Assembly: GCA_049583715.1 (NCBI GenBank)
Contig: JBAUWJ010000190.1
Coordinates: 16,242 to 80,241 of the forward strand
Direction: 5' to 3'
Length of the DNA stretch: 64,000 bases
Source of the DNA: Arenicellales bacterium
GTDB taxonomy: Bacteria; Pseudomonadota; Gammaproteobacteria; Arenicellales; JAANXG01
The notes beneath the pieces were generated by a model. It worked only from the letters and a program-made list of their open reading frames with translations, was not told where the DNA came from and did no database searches. Shown here piece after piece: positions 25,640 to 35,963 of this stretch (position 1 is the first letter of the stretch; the number at the start of each line of letters is the position of its first letter). A program made the position numbers and the translations under genes.

Positions 25640-26143
25640 TCACAGGTCGTAGAGCGTCTCGTCCACCTTGGGCGGCAGATACCTGCGCCGCAGGTCGTCC
25701 ATCAGTTTCCTCGGCTTCACCGCGAAGGGCTCCTCTTCTTCCAGCATGTCCCCCATCTCGGCTTCGATCTGCTCGGCGTCCTCTCCGGCCTCCATCCGGC
25801 TGATCGCCTCCTCCATGCCGCCGCTCAGCTTGAGGCCGGTGGTGTCGAACAGCCTGCGCATCATCCTGGCCGCCTGGCGCGGGTCGTTCTCGTCCAGGTT
25901 CTCCATCTCACCCGCCATCGACATCATGGCCTTCTCGAGCCTGTCGTCATCCAGGTTGTCCAGCATGTCGTCGCCTTCCTTCTCCTCGCGGCCCTTGGAG
26001 ATCGCAAACAGCGACACCTGGCGCCGCAGGCGATGGTTCTCACCGGCCACGGGACATACCGGCACCTTGTCCGTGTTGATGCGACGGGAATAGAAGTTAT
26101 AGACCGTGTGACAGTCGGGGCAATAGAACTCATAGATCGGCAT
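25640..26143 (-). CDS. FmdB-family zinc-ribbon protein with a long acidic tail
   Basis: The N-terminal segment MPIYEFYCPDCHTVYNFYSR...VPVCP is the FmdB/CxxC zinc-ribbon signature. The rest of the protein is rich in Asp, Glu and Met. Confidence 0.75.
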   Translation of the reverse strand: MPIYEFYCPDCHTVYNFYSRRINTDKVPVCPVAGENHRLRRQVSLFAISKGREEKEGDDMLDNLDDDRLEKAMMSMAGEMENLDENDPRQAARMMRRLFDTTGLKLSGGMEEAISRMEAGEDAEQIEAEMGDMLEEEEPFAVKPRKLMDDLRRRYLPPKVDETLYDL

Positions 26144-26147
26144 AGGC

Positions 26148-26969
26148 TTACATCAGGTCCCTGTTCAGGTTGACCTTGTGCAGAATCGTGGTTGCGATCT
26201 CCTCGACGGACTTCGCCGTGGTGTTGACGAACGGGATGCGCTCGCGTCGATAGAGCGCCTCCGCCTGGGCGACTTCGTACTCGCACTGCCGGAGCTGGGC
26301 GTACCTGCCCTTGTCGTAGCGGGCCTGCCTGATCTGGCGAAGCATCTCCGGATCGATCGTCAAGCCGAACAGCTTCCCGCGGTGGCGGATGATTTTGTCC
26401 GGCAGTCGGGCGCGCTCGAGGTCTTCTTCGAGGAGAGGGAAATTGGCCGTCGAAATCCCGTAGTGCAATGCGAGATACAGCGAGGTCGGGGTCTTCGCGG
26501 TCCGGGACACGCCGACGATCACGAGTTCCGCGTGATCGTAGTGGTTGGCGTTCATGCCGTCGTCGGTGCGCATCGTGAAGTTCAAGGCGCTGATGCGCGC
26601 CGTGTACTTGTTCGGGTTCAATACCCCGTGGGAACTGCCGATGCTGTGCTCGGACTCGAGGTCGAGCTCCCGCTCCAGCGGCGCCAGGAAGTGATCGAAC
26701 AGATCGAACAACACTCCGTTGCCGGAGGCGATGATCTCTCGGATCTCATCGTCTGCGAGCGTCGCGAATATCAGCGGCCGGGCGCCTGACTTGTCGCAGG
26801 CTTCGTTGATCTTCCGTACCGCGTCGCGTGCCTTCTCCGGTGTATCCACGAAAGGCAGCGCGACCGTCTTGAACCGGAGACTCGGGAAATGACACAGCAG
26901 GCTGATACCGAGGCTCTCGGCGGTGATCCCGGTGCGGTCGGACACTGTAAAGACGTAACGATCTACCAT
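26148..26969 (-). CDS. ppsR: PEP synthetase regulatory protein (bifunctional kinase/pyrophosphorylase, DUF299)
   Basis: ORF 26148..27269 trimmed to ATG 26969 (MVDRYVFTVSDRTGITAESLG). The P-loop is VIVGVSRTAKTPTSLYLA. The gene is divergent from ppsA. Confidence 0.92.
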   Translation of the reverse strand: MVDRYVFTVSDRTGITAESLGISLLCHFPSLRFKTVALPFVDTPEKARDAVRKINEACDKSGARPLIFATLADDEIREIIASGNGVLFDLFDHFLAPLERELDLESEHSIGSSHGVLNPNKYTARISALNFTMRTDDGMNANHYDHAELVIVGVSRTAKTPTSLYLALHYGISTANFPLLEEDLERARLPDKIIRHRGKLFGLTIDPEMLRQIRQARYDKGRYAQLRQCEYEVAQAEALYRRERIPFVNTTAKSVEEIATTILHKVNLNRDLM

Positions 26970-27313
26970 TCTTTTCCAGTACAATAACGCCCTTTCTATT
27001 GGCCGGTACCCGTTTCTCCAGTGCCTGACCGCGTCACCGCGGGCGGCGCCAGGGACTCGCCGCGAACCGGGCGGCACGGGCGGCCAGACTCCTCCGCGTG
27101 CCGGTGCGGCGCGTATTCTAGCAGGCTGTTGAAAAGCAGCCTGCTGGTGCGGGACAGGGATGTCTCGCCGCGAATCAGGCACAGCAAATGCTTGATTCGG
27201 CGTAGCCGGGTGCGGACATGCACCGCCCTCGGCGCGTTGAAAAAAGGCCAGGAAGGCGTTTTTCAACATCCTGCTGGATATTCTAAATCATTCGAGTCGG
27301 GAGCAGTGACAAG

Positions 27314-29683
27314 GTGGACCAATCGGTAGTCTGGTTTGACGAGCTGGGGATGAAAGACGTGGCCCGTGTGGGCGGGAAGAACGCGTCTTTGGGCGAGATG
27401 ATCGGCAGGCTTTCCGGAGCAGGTATCCGGGTTCCCGAGGGCTTCGCCACCACCGCCGACGCCTATCAACGCTTTCTCGCCCAGGGCGGTCTCGACACCC
27501 GAATCCGCGCCGCCCTCGCCACGGTGGACGTAGAGGACGTGGAAAGCCTGGCGAGCTGCGGCTCCGGTATCCGGCAGTGGGTCATGGACACCCCTCTGCC
27601 GCCGGCGCTCGAGGACGATATACGGCGCGCCTATCTCGAGCTCGAATCGCGAAGCGGCGGAGAGATCTCCGTGGCCGTACGCTCTTCGGCGACGGCCGAG
27701 GACCTGCCCGAAGCATCGTTCGCCGGCCAGCAGGAAACCTTCCTCAATGTACAGGGCGCAGACAAGGTCCTGCAGGCGGTCAAGGGCGTCTTCGCCTCGC
27801 TGTTCACCGACCGGGCCATCTCCTACCGCGTCTATCACGGCTTCGACCACGCCGAGGTTTCACTGTCGGCCGGCATCCAGCGCATGGTGCGAAGCGATAT
27901 CGGTTCGAGCGGTGTGATGTTCTCGGTCGACACCGAGTCGGGTTTCGAGGATGTAGTGTTCGTCACCGCATCCTACGGACTGGGAGAATGCGTGGTGCAA
28001 GGCTCCGTCAACCCGGACGAGTTCTACGTCCACAAACCGACCCTGGCGGCGGGACGCCCCGCAATCCTGAGGCGAAGGCTGGGCAGCAAGATCATCAAGA
28101 TGATCTACAACGAGGGCGATGCCTCGCCGGTCCGGACCGTGGATGTCGAGGAAGCCGAGCGGAATCGCTTCTCCATCGACGACCGCGACGTCGAAGCCCT
28201 TGCCGCCATGGCGGCCACCATCGAACGGCATTACGGCCGACCGATGGATATCGAATGGGGCAAGGACGGGGTCGATGGGCGGCTCTACATCCTCCAGGCC
28301 CGGCCCGAGACGGTGGTGTCACGCAACTCGAAAACGGTATTCGAACGCTACCGACTCAAGGCCAGGGGCGAGCTTCTCGCGTCAGGCAGCGCCATCGGAC
28401 AGAAGATCGGGGTCGGCAAGGTGAGGATCGTACCCGGCGTCGAGGATTTGTCCAAGGTCGCGGAGGGAGACGTGCTGGTGACGGAAATGACGGACCCTGA
28501 CTGGGAGCCCGTGATGAAGCGCGCGTCCGCCATCGTCACCAACCGCGGCGGGCGGACCTGCCATGCCGCCATTATCGCGAGGGAATTGGGGGTGCCGGCC
28601 GTCGTCGGCTGCGGAGACGCGACCGATCGACTCCCCGAGGGGGAATCCGTCACCGTTTCCTGCGCCGAAGGAGATACCGGAAACATCTACCGAGGCGCGC
28701 TCGAATTCGAGATCAAGACCGTTGGCCTGGACGCCATGCCCCCGATCCCGTTGAAGATCATGATGAACGTGGCCAACCCGGACCGGGCATTCGACTTTCG
28801 ACGCCTGCCCAATTCCGGGATCGGCTTGGCGCGCCTGGAGTTCATCATCAACAACATCATCGGGATTCATCCCAAGGCGCTGCTCAGATACGAGGACAAC
28901 GAGCCGGACGTGAGGGCTCTGATCGACGAGAGAATCGCCGGTTACCGGGATCCCGTGGAGTTCTACGTAATGAAGCTTGCTGAGGGCATCGCCACCCTTG
29001 CCGCGGCTTTCGCGCCGAATCCGGTGATCGTCCGCCTGTCTGACTTCAAATCGAACGAGTACGCGAATCTCATCGGCGGCGAGCAGTTCGAGCCGAGCGA
29101 GGAAAACCCGATGATCGGATTCCGCGGCGCCTCCCGCTACATCGACGAGTCGTTCAGGGACTGCTTCGACCTGGAGTGCCGGGCCCTGCGCTATGTGCGC
29201 CGCGACATGGGCTTCGCCAACGTCTGGATCATGGTGCCCTTCGTGCGCACCCTGGACGAAGCCGATCGCGTCATCACGCTGCTCGGGAAGAACGGACTCG
29301 AGCGCGGCCGGGACGACCTCAAGCTCATCATGATGTGCGAAATCCCCTCCAACGCCCTGCTCGCCGACCAGTTCCTCGAACGGTTCGACGGCTTTTCGAT
29401 CGGCTCCAACGACCTCACGCAGCTCACGCTGGGGCTCGACCGTGATTCGAGTATCGTCGCCCGCTCCTTCGACGAGCGCGATCCGGCGGTGAAGAAGCTG
29501 CTGCAGATGGCCATACGGGCCTGCCGCAGCGTCGATAAATACGTCGGAATATGCGGCCAGGGCCCCTCCGATCACCCGGACCTGGCGCTCTGGCTCATGG
29601 AGCAGGGTATTTCCAGTGTTTCCCTGAACCCGGATACTGTGGTGGAGACCTGGCTGTTCCTCGCCGGCGAAGGGGAGGGCTGA
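27314..29683 (+). CDS. ppsA: Phosphoenolpyruvate synthase (pyruvate, water dikinase)
   Basis: 789 aa with a GTG start. The N-terminal segment is [26 protein letters not shown]. The phosphohistidine loop is [23 protein letters not shown]-terminal PEP-utilising TIM barrel follows. Confidence 0.96.
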   Translation: MDQSVVWFDELGMKDVARVGGKNASLGEMIGRLSGAGIRVPEGFATTADAYQRFLAQGGLDTRIRAALATVDVEDVESLASCGSGIRQWVMDTPLPPALEDDIRRAYLELESRSGGEISVAVRSSATAEDLPEASFAGQQETFLNVQGADKVLQAVKGVFASLFTDRAISYRVYHGFDHAEVSLSAGIQRMVRSDIGSSGVMFSVDTESGFEDVVFVTASYGLGECVVQGSVNPDEFYVHKPTLAAGRPAILRRRLGSKIIKMIYNEGDASPVRTVDVEEAERNRFSIDDRDVEALAAMAATIERHYGRPMDIEWGKDGVDGRLYILQARPETVVSRNSKTVFERYRLKARGELLASGSAIGQKIGVGKVRIVPGVEDLSKVAEGDVLVTEMTDPDWEPVMKRASAIVTNRGGRTCHAAIIARELGVPAVVGCGDATDRLPEGESVTVSCAEGDTGNIYRGALEFEIKTVGLDAMPPIPLKIMMNVANPDRAFDFRRLPNSGIGLARLEFIINNIIGIHPKALLRYEDNEPDVRALIDERIAGYRDPVEFYVMKLAEGIATLAAAFAPNPVIVRLSDFKSNEYANLIGGEQFEPSEENPMIGFRGASRYIDESFRDCFDLECRALRYVRRDMGFANVWIMVPFVRTLDEADRVITLLGKNGLERGRDDLKLIMMCEIPSNALLADQFLERFDGFSIGSNDLTQLTLGLDRDSSIVARSFDERDPAVKKLLQMAIRACRSVDKYVGICGQGPSDHPDLALWLMEQGISSVSLNPDTVVETWLFLAGEGEG

Positions 29684-29692
29684 CGGGCGCGG

Positions 29693-30268
29693 TCAGTCCG
29701 GCCGCAGCATGATCTCGTACTTGCCCACGTCGAGCAGCGCCCCGTTGGGAAGGATGCGCTTCACGACGATACCGTCCCCGATGGTTTCGGACTCGTGCAC
29801 GATGCGCTGATTCACCATGATGAAGCGGTGCGCCGGGACCTTCGAGTACGATACGACGTTCAATGACAATCCCGCGACCCGGGCACGCGACGGCGCGTCC
29901 AGTTGGTTGATGCTTTCGACGCGCTGAACGGTATCCGCAGGCTGCGCCGGCACAGCCGTCCCACTGTCGACAACCGCGGACGACGTCTGCGATTGCTGCG
30001 GCGCCGTCGGGGCGGGTGATTCCTGCCGCGAAGGCTCGGGAGAAGCGGCCGGCGAAACGACCGGCGATCCAGTGAGTTGAAGCCTGACGAACCAGGCCGT
30101 CGCCGCGACGGCGCCGAGGGCGACGACCCCGACCACAAACCCGATCCACAGCGACCGCTGGCTGAGCACGATCTGCGAAGAGGTCTGGAGGGTCGTGATG
30201 TTGCCGCGCTGCCGCTCGCGCTCGGATTTCTTCAGTGCCTCGAGAATATAGGACACGTGCGATCTCAC
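29693..30268 (-). CDS. gspB: GspB/ExeB-like type II secretion assembly protein
   Basis: The N-terminal segment SYILEALKKSERER is followed by one TM helix and a Pro/Ser-rich region. Its GTG start overlaps the exeA stop (GTGA at 30265-30268). Confidence 0.7.
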   Translation of the reverse strand: MRSHVSYILEALKKSERERQRGNITTLQTSSQIVLSQRSLWIGFVVGVVALGAVAATAWFVRLQLTGSPVVSPAASPEPSRQESPAPTAPQQSQTSSAVVDSGTAVPAQPADTVQRVESINQLDAPSRARVAGLSLNVVSYSKVPAHRFIMVNQRIVHESETIGDGIVVKRILPNGALLDVGKYEIMLRPD

Positions 30269-32022
30269 CCCGCGGCCGATTCGAGCTTGGGCACGCTGGG
30301 ATCGACGATGCCGTTGAGACGAATGATCGTGTGCAGCCCCGCCACGCCGTCCACCCGAAGGTTATTGGATTCCTGGAAGGCCATGACCTTTCGTTTCAAG
30401 GATGAATCGAAGCGGGCATTGTCGACTTCCCCGATCTGGACATCGGGAAGACGCGCGAGGGTCTGTCGCAGCCAAAGGACGTCGACCCCGTCCGAGTTCT
30501 CGGCGATGTTGCGCGCCCCGTGCGGCGGTGCGCGCCAAAGCAGTACATACCTGCCGTGCCAGTAGGGATCCACCTGCGCGCGGGTGAAGGCATACACGCC
30601 CTTGTCTCCGGAGAACACGGCCCGATCGGGACCGAGCCCGGTCAGCAGCAGGTAAGACACCTGGTCGCCCTGCTCGAACCTCAAGGCGGCTACCCGGTTG
30701 AAGCTCTCGAGGTCTTTCCAACTTCCCTGCTCCTTCAGGCAGCGAAGACCGAAGACCTGCTCGACCCTGGCACACGACAGTCCGCCCGCATCATCGAAAT
30801 CGATTCGCCATGCTTTGAGCAACCCGGCCAAGGCTTCCCCTTCAGTGCGCGGAGCGTCCGTGCTCGTCAGAACCTCGGGCAGAGAAGCCGGCGAATTGTC
30901 GCTCGCGCCCGCCCCTGTCGAGGCCGGCGCCAGGGCCAAAGGTGCAGCGGGCGGATCCTCAGGCGCATCCGCGGGCGAGGCTTTCCCTGAGCCCTGCTTC
31001 GCCGGCGCCTCGGTCGCGGCGTACGCCAGCGCCGACGGCACGGCCGTGCTGGTTTCGGCCTTCGAGCTTCGGTTCGCCGGCGCCGCCGGGCGGCTGGCGG
31101 GAAGCGTGACGGAGGGCGGCGTCACAGTCCACCACTGGAAACGCAGCGTGGCCACTGCCGCGACGGAAACAACAGCCAGTCCGGATACCCACCACCACAC
31201 CCTGCTTCGCGCGCGCGTTCCGCCGAATACCTCTTTCGCCGCCTGGGAGACCATCGTCCCGGTAACCCGGTCACTGTCCGAGGAATACGCCCCCAGCAAT
31301 GCCCGGTCACAGATCACGTTGATCAGCCGCGGGACCCCGTGGGAGACCTTGAAGACGCGCCTGAGCGCTCCGCCGCTGAAGACCGAGCGGTGGCAGCCGG
31401 CGATGCCGAGCCGGTACTTGACGTACTCGGCAGTCTCTTCCCGCATCAGGGGTTCCAGGTGGTATCTCGCCGTGATCCGCTGCGCGAGCTGTCGCAAGTC
31501 CCGCCGGGACAAGGTCTCGCTGAGCTCCGGCTGCCCGATCAATATGATCTGCAGGAGCTTCTGCTTGGTGGTTTCCAGGTTGGTGAGGATGCGGATCTCT
31601 TCCAGGACCTCGCGCGTGAGCATCTGCGCTTCGTCGATGACCAACACCGTACGCCGCCCGCGGGCGAAGTTCTCGATCAAGCGTTCGTTGAGCAGGTCCA
31701 GCAGCCGCTTGGGACTGGCCTCGGCCGGGTAGGAAACGCCGATCTCGTCGCACAGGGTCGCGAGCAGCTCGCTGTGGCTGATCTGGGGATTGAGAATCAG
31801 CGCGACGTCCACGTTCTCCGGCAACTGCTCGAGCATGCAGCGGCAGATCGTCGTCTTGCCGGTCCCGACTTCACCGGTCAGTTGAACGAAACCGCCGGAC
31901 TCCTGAATGCCGTAGCGCAGATGGGCCATCGCCTCCTGGTGCCGCCGGCTCATGTACAGGTAGCGCGGGTCGGGCGAGATGGAGAACGGCGCTTCGGTCA
32001 GTCCAAAGGACGATTCGTACAT
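30265..32022 (-). CDS. exeA: ExeA/GspA-type AAA ATPase with a C-terminal peptidoglycan-binding domain
   Basis: 585 aa. The N-terminal segment is FGLTEAPFSISPDPRYLYMSRRHQEA. The Walker A motif is LTGEVGTGKTT. A TM helix follows. The C-terminal PG-binding segment is KRKVMAFQESNNLRVDGVAGLHT. Confidence 0.88.
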   Translation of the reverse strand: MYESSFGLTEAPFSISPDPRYLYMSRRHQEAMAHLRYGIQESGGFVQLTGEVGTGKTTICRCMLEQLPENVDVALILNPQISHSELLATLCDEIGVSYPAEASPKRLLDLLNERLIENFARGRRTVLVIDEAQMLTREVLEEIRILTNLETTKQKLLQIILIGQPELSETLSRRDLRQLAQRITARYHLEPLMREETAEYVKYRLGIAGCHRSVFSGGALRRVFKVSHGVPRLINVICDRALLGAYSSDSDRVTGTMVSQAAKEVFGGTRARSRVWWWVSGLAVVSVAAVATLRFQWWTVTPPSVTLPASRPAAPANRSSKAETSTAVPSALAYAATEAPAKQGSGKASPADAPEDPPAAPLALAPASTGAGASDNSPASLPEVLTSTDAPRTEGEALAGLLKAWRIDFDDAGGLSCARVEQVFGLRCLKEQGSWKDLESFNRVAALRFEQGDQVSYLLLTGLGPDRAVFSGDKGVYAFTRAQVDPYWHGRYVLLWRAPPHGARNIAENSDGVDVLWLRQTLARLPDVQIGEVDNARFDSSLKRKVMAFQESNNLRVDGVAGLHTIIRLNGIVDPSVPKLESAAG

Positions 32023-32149
32023 GGACTCGGTGTCGATGAACTGGCCGCTATTATAGACCCCGCCGTCGCCACTGAGCTAAGGATGGTCCAAGAGCTCCCT
32101 CTTCCTTCGGGAGCTTCGGGAAAGCCGGGACAAGGGGGCGCTGTCCGGG

Positions 32150-32390
32150 AACCACCCTCACCCTGACCCTCTCGGCTCTGGCTCCGTGCTTCGCCCTACC
32201 TCCTCCATCCCTGGAGTCGTCCCGCCAGCGGGAGAGGGAATGGAGCCTTGTCGACAGATTGCCAGGTCCGGACAAAGACGTCGCCGGAAGCCCTCTCCGC
32301 CGCTCCCTCTCCCTCCGGGAGAGGGCTGGAGTAAGGGGGCGCTGTCGGGGAAACGCCCTGACTCTGACCCTCCGGCGGGAGAGGGCATCC
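32150..32390. repeat. Cluster of family D hairpin repeats (CCCTCTCCC-N4-GGGAGAGGG type)
   Basis: Several copies or half-copies are present, for example CCCTCTCCCTCCGGGAGAGGGCTGGAGTAAGGGGGCG and CTGACCCTCCGGCGGGAGAGGGC. The same family occurs at 49603-49629 and 62869-62996. Confidence 0.8.
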
Positions 32391-32519
32391 TGCACCCGGA
32401 TCAGGAAGTGCATGCGATAGCCCCGGCGGGCACTAAAGCGGCACGATGATGGGTAAGAGGGCAAGTTTTCCGGCGCCCCGAATACCCACCTCGACGGTGA
32501 CAGCGCACTGCGGCATCGA

Positions 32520-33437
32520 TCAGGGGTCTCGTGTGCCGGAACACGCCCGTCGGATGCGGTCCACGTAACCTTCGCCGCGGTCCAGCCAGGCGAGAAAGTC
32601 ATCCAGGTCACCTCGGCTGGCGGCGACGATCCCGTGGTGCGGGGAGCGGCCACCGGCCGGGGCGTCGCAGGCCAGGGCGGTCAGGCGCCTCGCCAGCATG
32701 ACGGATTCCCGGTGCTCGTCGAGCTGGTGCGCGACCCTGGCGGCGCCCCGCAGACCGAGGCGCGGCACTTCCTCGAGTCTCGAGTAGAGCTGCTCGATGT
32801 CCTTGAAGACGCGCAGCAGCCGCGAGGCGGTCTTCGGTCCGATGCCGGGTACACCGGGGATGTTGTCCACCGCATCGCCCACCAGCGCGAGGAAATCCAT
32901 GATCTGGCGCGGCCAGACTCCGAACAGGTCGTAGACCCCCTGCGCGTCCAGCTTCCGATTGCGCGAATAGTCCCACCACAGGTCGCCCTTGTGGATTACC
33001 TGAGACAGGTCCTTGTCGCCGCTCACGACCACCACGCGGTAGCCGTTGTCGCGCGCCACGGCGGCAACGCTCGCGATCAGATCATCCGCCTCGAACCGTG
33101 GATGCTTCAGGCAGGATATACCGAGCGATTCCACCAGCCGCTCGCAGGCCGCGAGCTGAACCTTGAGCTCCGGGGGCGCGGGGTCGCGGTTGGCCTTGTA
33201 CTCCGGGTAGATCTCGTTGCGAAACGACGTCGTGAGGCTGTGGTCGAAGGCCACCATCAGATTGACCGGCCGGACGGCCTCGAAGAACTCGGTCAGGAAT
33301 CTCAGGAATCCGTACACCGCGTTCACCGGCGCGCCGTCGGATGCGGTCAGGGTATCGGGAAGGGAAAACCAGGATCTGAATATGTATATGCTGGCATCGA
33401 GCAGATAGATCGTCCGGTCCTCGCCAGGTGCCCCCAT
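32520..33437 (-). CDS. 5'-3' exonuclease / flap endonuclease (PIN-like plus H3TH)
   Basis: 305 aa. Segments YLLDASIYIFRSWF, RFEADDLIASVA, VSGDKDLSQV and DNIPGVPGIGPKTASRLL are typical of Pol I-type 5' nucleases. Confidence 0.88.
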   Translation of the reverse strand: MGAPGEDRTIYLLDASIYIFRSWFSLPDTLTASDGAPVNAVYGFLRFLTEFFEAVRPVNLMVAFDHSLTTSFRNEIYPEYKANRDPAPPELKVQLAACERLVESLGISCLKHPRFEADDLIASVAAVARDNGYRVVVVSGDKDLSQVIHKGDLWWDYSRNRKLDAQGVYDLFGVWPRQIMDFLALVGDAVDNIPGVPGIGPKTASRLLRVFKDIEQLYSRLEEVPRLGLRGAARVAHQLDEHRESVMLARRLTALACDAPAGGRSPHHGIVAASRGDLDDFLAWLDRGEGYVDRIRRACSGTRDP

Positions 33438-33444
33438 GCCGGCC

Positions 33445-33759
33445 TCAACAATACGGCCAGATGGGACACTGCTCCCTGAACACGTCGTCGAAGACTTTGG
33501 CGCCCACCATGGGATAGGTGCCGATGCTCTGGGCCTTGTCTGAAAGCTTGTCCAGGTAATGGGACAGGTTCCGCTCCGCGTGCATGATCTGCTCTTCCTT
33601 TTCGACCACCCCCTGGCTCTCCATTCGTTGAACCCCGTGGCTTATCATTCTGTGGATCAGGTTGTTGCACGAAGGTGTCAAACCGAGCCCCAGCTTCGAG
33701 GCCCGTTTATTGCACAGAATCTTCAACCTCTGCTCAAGGCGAAACTGCCGACTCTGCAT
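33445..33759 (-). CDS. Hypothetical 104-aa protein, possible ribbon-helix-helix N-terminus
   Basis: The gene is tightly packed between the DUF4124 gene (16-nt gap) and the exonuclease gene (7-nt gap). The N-terminal segment QFRLEQRLKILCNKRASKLGLGLTPSCNNLIHRMI has an RHH-like strand-helix-loop-helix pattern. I recognise no family. Confidence 0.55.
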   Translation of the reverse strand: MQSRQFRLEQRLKILCNKRASKLGLGLTPSCNNLIHRMISHGVQRMESQGVVEKEEQIMHAERNLSHYLDKLSDKAQSIGTYPMVGAKVFDDVFREQCPIWPYC

Positions 33760-33775
33760 GGACGGTCTCGATCGT

Positions 33776-34351
33776 TCATTCCGTCAGTTCTCGGTATCTC
33801 TTGAGCTGCCGATCGTACTCTTCGATGGTTGCCTGCTTCTGGCTCTCGATCGATTCTATGGACTCGTCGTACTGCTCGATCTGCTCGTCGAGACTGTCGA
33901 TCCGGGTCTTCGAATTTCCGGCCTTCTCGACCTTCTCCTTCTGGTCGACGAGGCCCTTCCGGAACAGGCGCTGATTCTTCAGGTCGCGGTCCATCGCGTT
34001 GATTCGCTCGTTCCTGGCGTCGATAATGCTCTGTGCACTATCATAGGTCCGCAGAAGACGCTGGTCCTCCTGCCGCTGTTTGGCGCGTTGCCTGGTTTCC
34101 TGCTGCTTCTTTTCCCGTTCGGCCTTCTGCTTCTCGAGCTCCTCCTCGGTCGGCGGTGGCCCCTCCTTCTTTACCGTTATTCCCTCCTGGTTAATCTGGG
34201 TAATCGGGGCGTTGCTGGCACACGCGCTGGACGCGAAGTCTCCGTAGTGCCAATTGCCCTGGGCGTCCTGGCACTTGGTGATGTTCCTTCCCTGCGCGGA
34301 GACGCAACACATCGACGCCGCAAGCAACACGCATAAGACACTGACTTTCAT
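33776..34351 (-). CDS. DUF4124 domain secreted protein with a long charged coiled coil
   Basis: A signal peptide is followed by ITKCQDAQGNWHYGDFA, which is DUF4124-like. The rest is a Glu/Lys/Gln-rich helical region. Confidence 0.75.
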   Translation of the reverse strand: MKVSVLCVLLAASMCCVSAQGRNITKCQDAQGNWHYGDFASSACASNAPITQINQEGITVKKEGPPPTEEELEKQKAEREKKQQETRQRAKQRQEDQRLLRTYDSAQSIIDARNERINAMDRDLKNQRLFRKGLVDQKEKVEKAGNSKTRIDSLDEQIEQYDESIESIESQKQATIEEYDRQLKRYRELTE

Positions 34352-34368
34352 AAGACGATCGTCTCGCT

Positions 34369-35181
34369 TCAGCCCTCTGCATCATCGGCGGCCCCCTTCG
34401 CGGAGCGCGCCGGCAGAAAATATATGATCACTCCCAATAGTATCATCGGAATACTCAGTACCTGACCCATGGTCAACCATCCAAACGCCAGGTATCCGAG
34501 CTGCGGATCCGGAAGCCTGACGAACTCAATGACGAACCGAAAGACCCCGTAGCACATCAGGAACAGCGCGGACACGCGTCCCACTTTGCGGTGCCTGCGC
34601 GAATACACCCACAGTATAACGAAAAGGACCAGTCCTTCCAGGAACGCCTCGTAGAGCATCGAGGGGTGCCGCGGCACCCGGGCCGGATCGGTGGCGGGAA
34701 ACACCATCGCCCACGGCAGGTCGGTGGGCTTGCCCCAGAGCTCCTGGTTGATGAAGTTGCCGATGCGCCCCGCCAGCAGGCCGAGCGGTGTCAAAGGGGC
34801 GATGAAGTCGGCCACCTCGAAAAATCGCCGGTGGGTCCTGTGCCCGTACCAGGCCATCGCGGTGATCACTCCCACCAGACCGCCATGGAAGGACATACCG
34901 CCCGACCACACCTCGAATATCTGCACGGGATTGTGGAGATAGTAGCCGGGATTGTAGAAGATCACGTACCCGATCCTCCCCCCGAGGATGACGCCAATGG
35001 CTATGTAAAACAGCACGTCGGCGACCTCGTGGGTGCCCCAGCCGCTGCCCGGCTGCGCCGCCCTCTTCACCCCGAGTCCATAGCCGGCGGCAAAGCCCGC
35101 GAGATACATCAGGCCGTACCAGTGCACCCGGATGGGACCGATGGAAAACGCAACGGGATCGATTGCAGGATGAACGATCAC
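34369..35181 (-). CDS. lgt: Prolipoprotein diacylglyceryl transferase
   Basis: ORF 34369..35352 trimmed to the in-frame GTG at 35181 (M-IVHPAIDPVAFSIGPIRVHWYGLMY, aligning with the Lgt N-terminus). Segments GGRIGY, GGMSFHGGL and GRIGNFINQELWG are typical of Lgt. Confidence 0.92.
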   Translation of the reverse strand: MIVHPAIDPVAFSIGPIRVHWYGLMYLAGFAAGYGLGVKRAAQPGSGWGTHEVADVLFYIAIGVILGGRIGYVIFYNPGYYLHNPVQIFEVWSGGMSFHGGLVGVITAMAWYGHRTHRRFFEVADFIAPLTPLGLLAGRIGNFINQELWGKPTDLPWAMVFPATDPARVPRHPSMLYEAFLEGLVLFVILWVYSRRHRKVGRVSALFLMCYGVFRFVIEFVRLPDPQLGYLAFGWLTMGQVLSIPMILLGVIIYFLPARSAKGAADDAEG

Positions 35182-35382
35182 AAGGAGAACGCCGACCCGT
35201 CCGGGGCGCTCGACCCGGGGACTGCGCGACGCGAGAGACGAAGCATGCCGAACACCCTGAAACCTTACTCGATACCTCACTGCTCGGCAACCGCGCAGTG
35301 GAACGGGATTGCCAAGCCGTGCAGTTCGCTTGACACAAGGGTTGTGGCACAATCCCTCAACTGGTTCAAAGGACCGTGCAAC

Positions 35383-35925
35383 GTGGAAAAACGACTCCGT
35401 AACATCTGGCTGCTGCCCTTTGCCCTGACACTGGCGAGCTGCTCCGGCGGCGGCACCGACACGGGGGCCGCATCCGGGGGCGCGACCCCCTTCACGGGCA
35501 AGTGGTACGTGGTGGCCACGCTCAACGTCAACGTCGGCGGTACGGCGACCGTCGTTACGGACACCACGCAGTTCATCGTGGGTGCGGCGGGCAACGCGGT
35601 CATCACGGGCACGGACTCCCAGTGCCGCCTCGACATATCCGTGAACAACAACATCCTGAACTACCAGACGACCTGCGTCTTCTCGGCCACGTCCGCGACC
35701 GGCTCGAGTACCACCAGCTCCACGGCGGCCTGCGTGCTGACGGTACGCACCCAGGCGCCGATCCGCGGGCCGCAGGGCTCGGCAAAGGTATCCGGCTCCT
35801 TCGGGCCGAAGACCGAGGTCTGCAGCGGAGCCGCCGTGTCGTATTCAGGCAACCTCGTGGGAGCCGAAGGAACCGCGCCGACAAGCGGCGGCTCCGGCAT
35901 CGTCACTACCCCCACCAGCGGCTGA
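35383..35925 (+). CDS. Hypothetical lipoprotein (Thr/Ser/Gly-rich, four further Cys)
   Basis: Only the 3' part of track ORF 34591..35925 is real. A GTG at 35383 with an upstream AAAGGA gives [20 protein letters not shown], a lipobox of the form LASC. Confidence 0.7.
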   Translation: MEKRLRNIWLLPFALTLASCSGGGTDTGAASGGATPFTGKWYVVATLNVNVGGTATVVTDTTQFIVGAAGNAVITGTDSQCRLDISVNNNILNYQTTCVFSATSATGSSTTSSTAACVLTVRTQAPIRGPQGSAKVSGSFGPKTEVCSGAAVSYSGNLVGAEGTAPTSGGSGIVTTPTSG

Positions 35926-35963
35926 ACGGTGGGGCGCCCGGCATCGCTGACCACCGACTCCGC

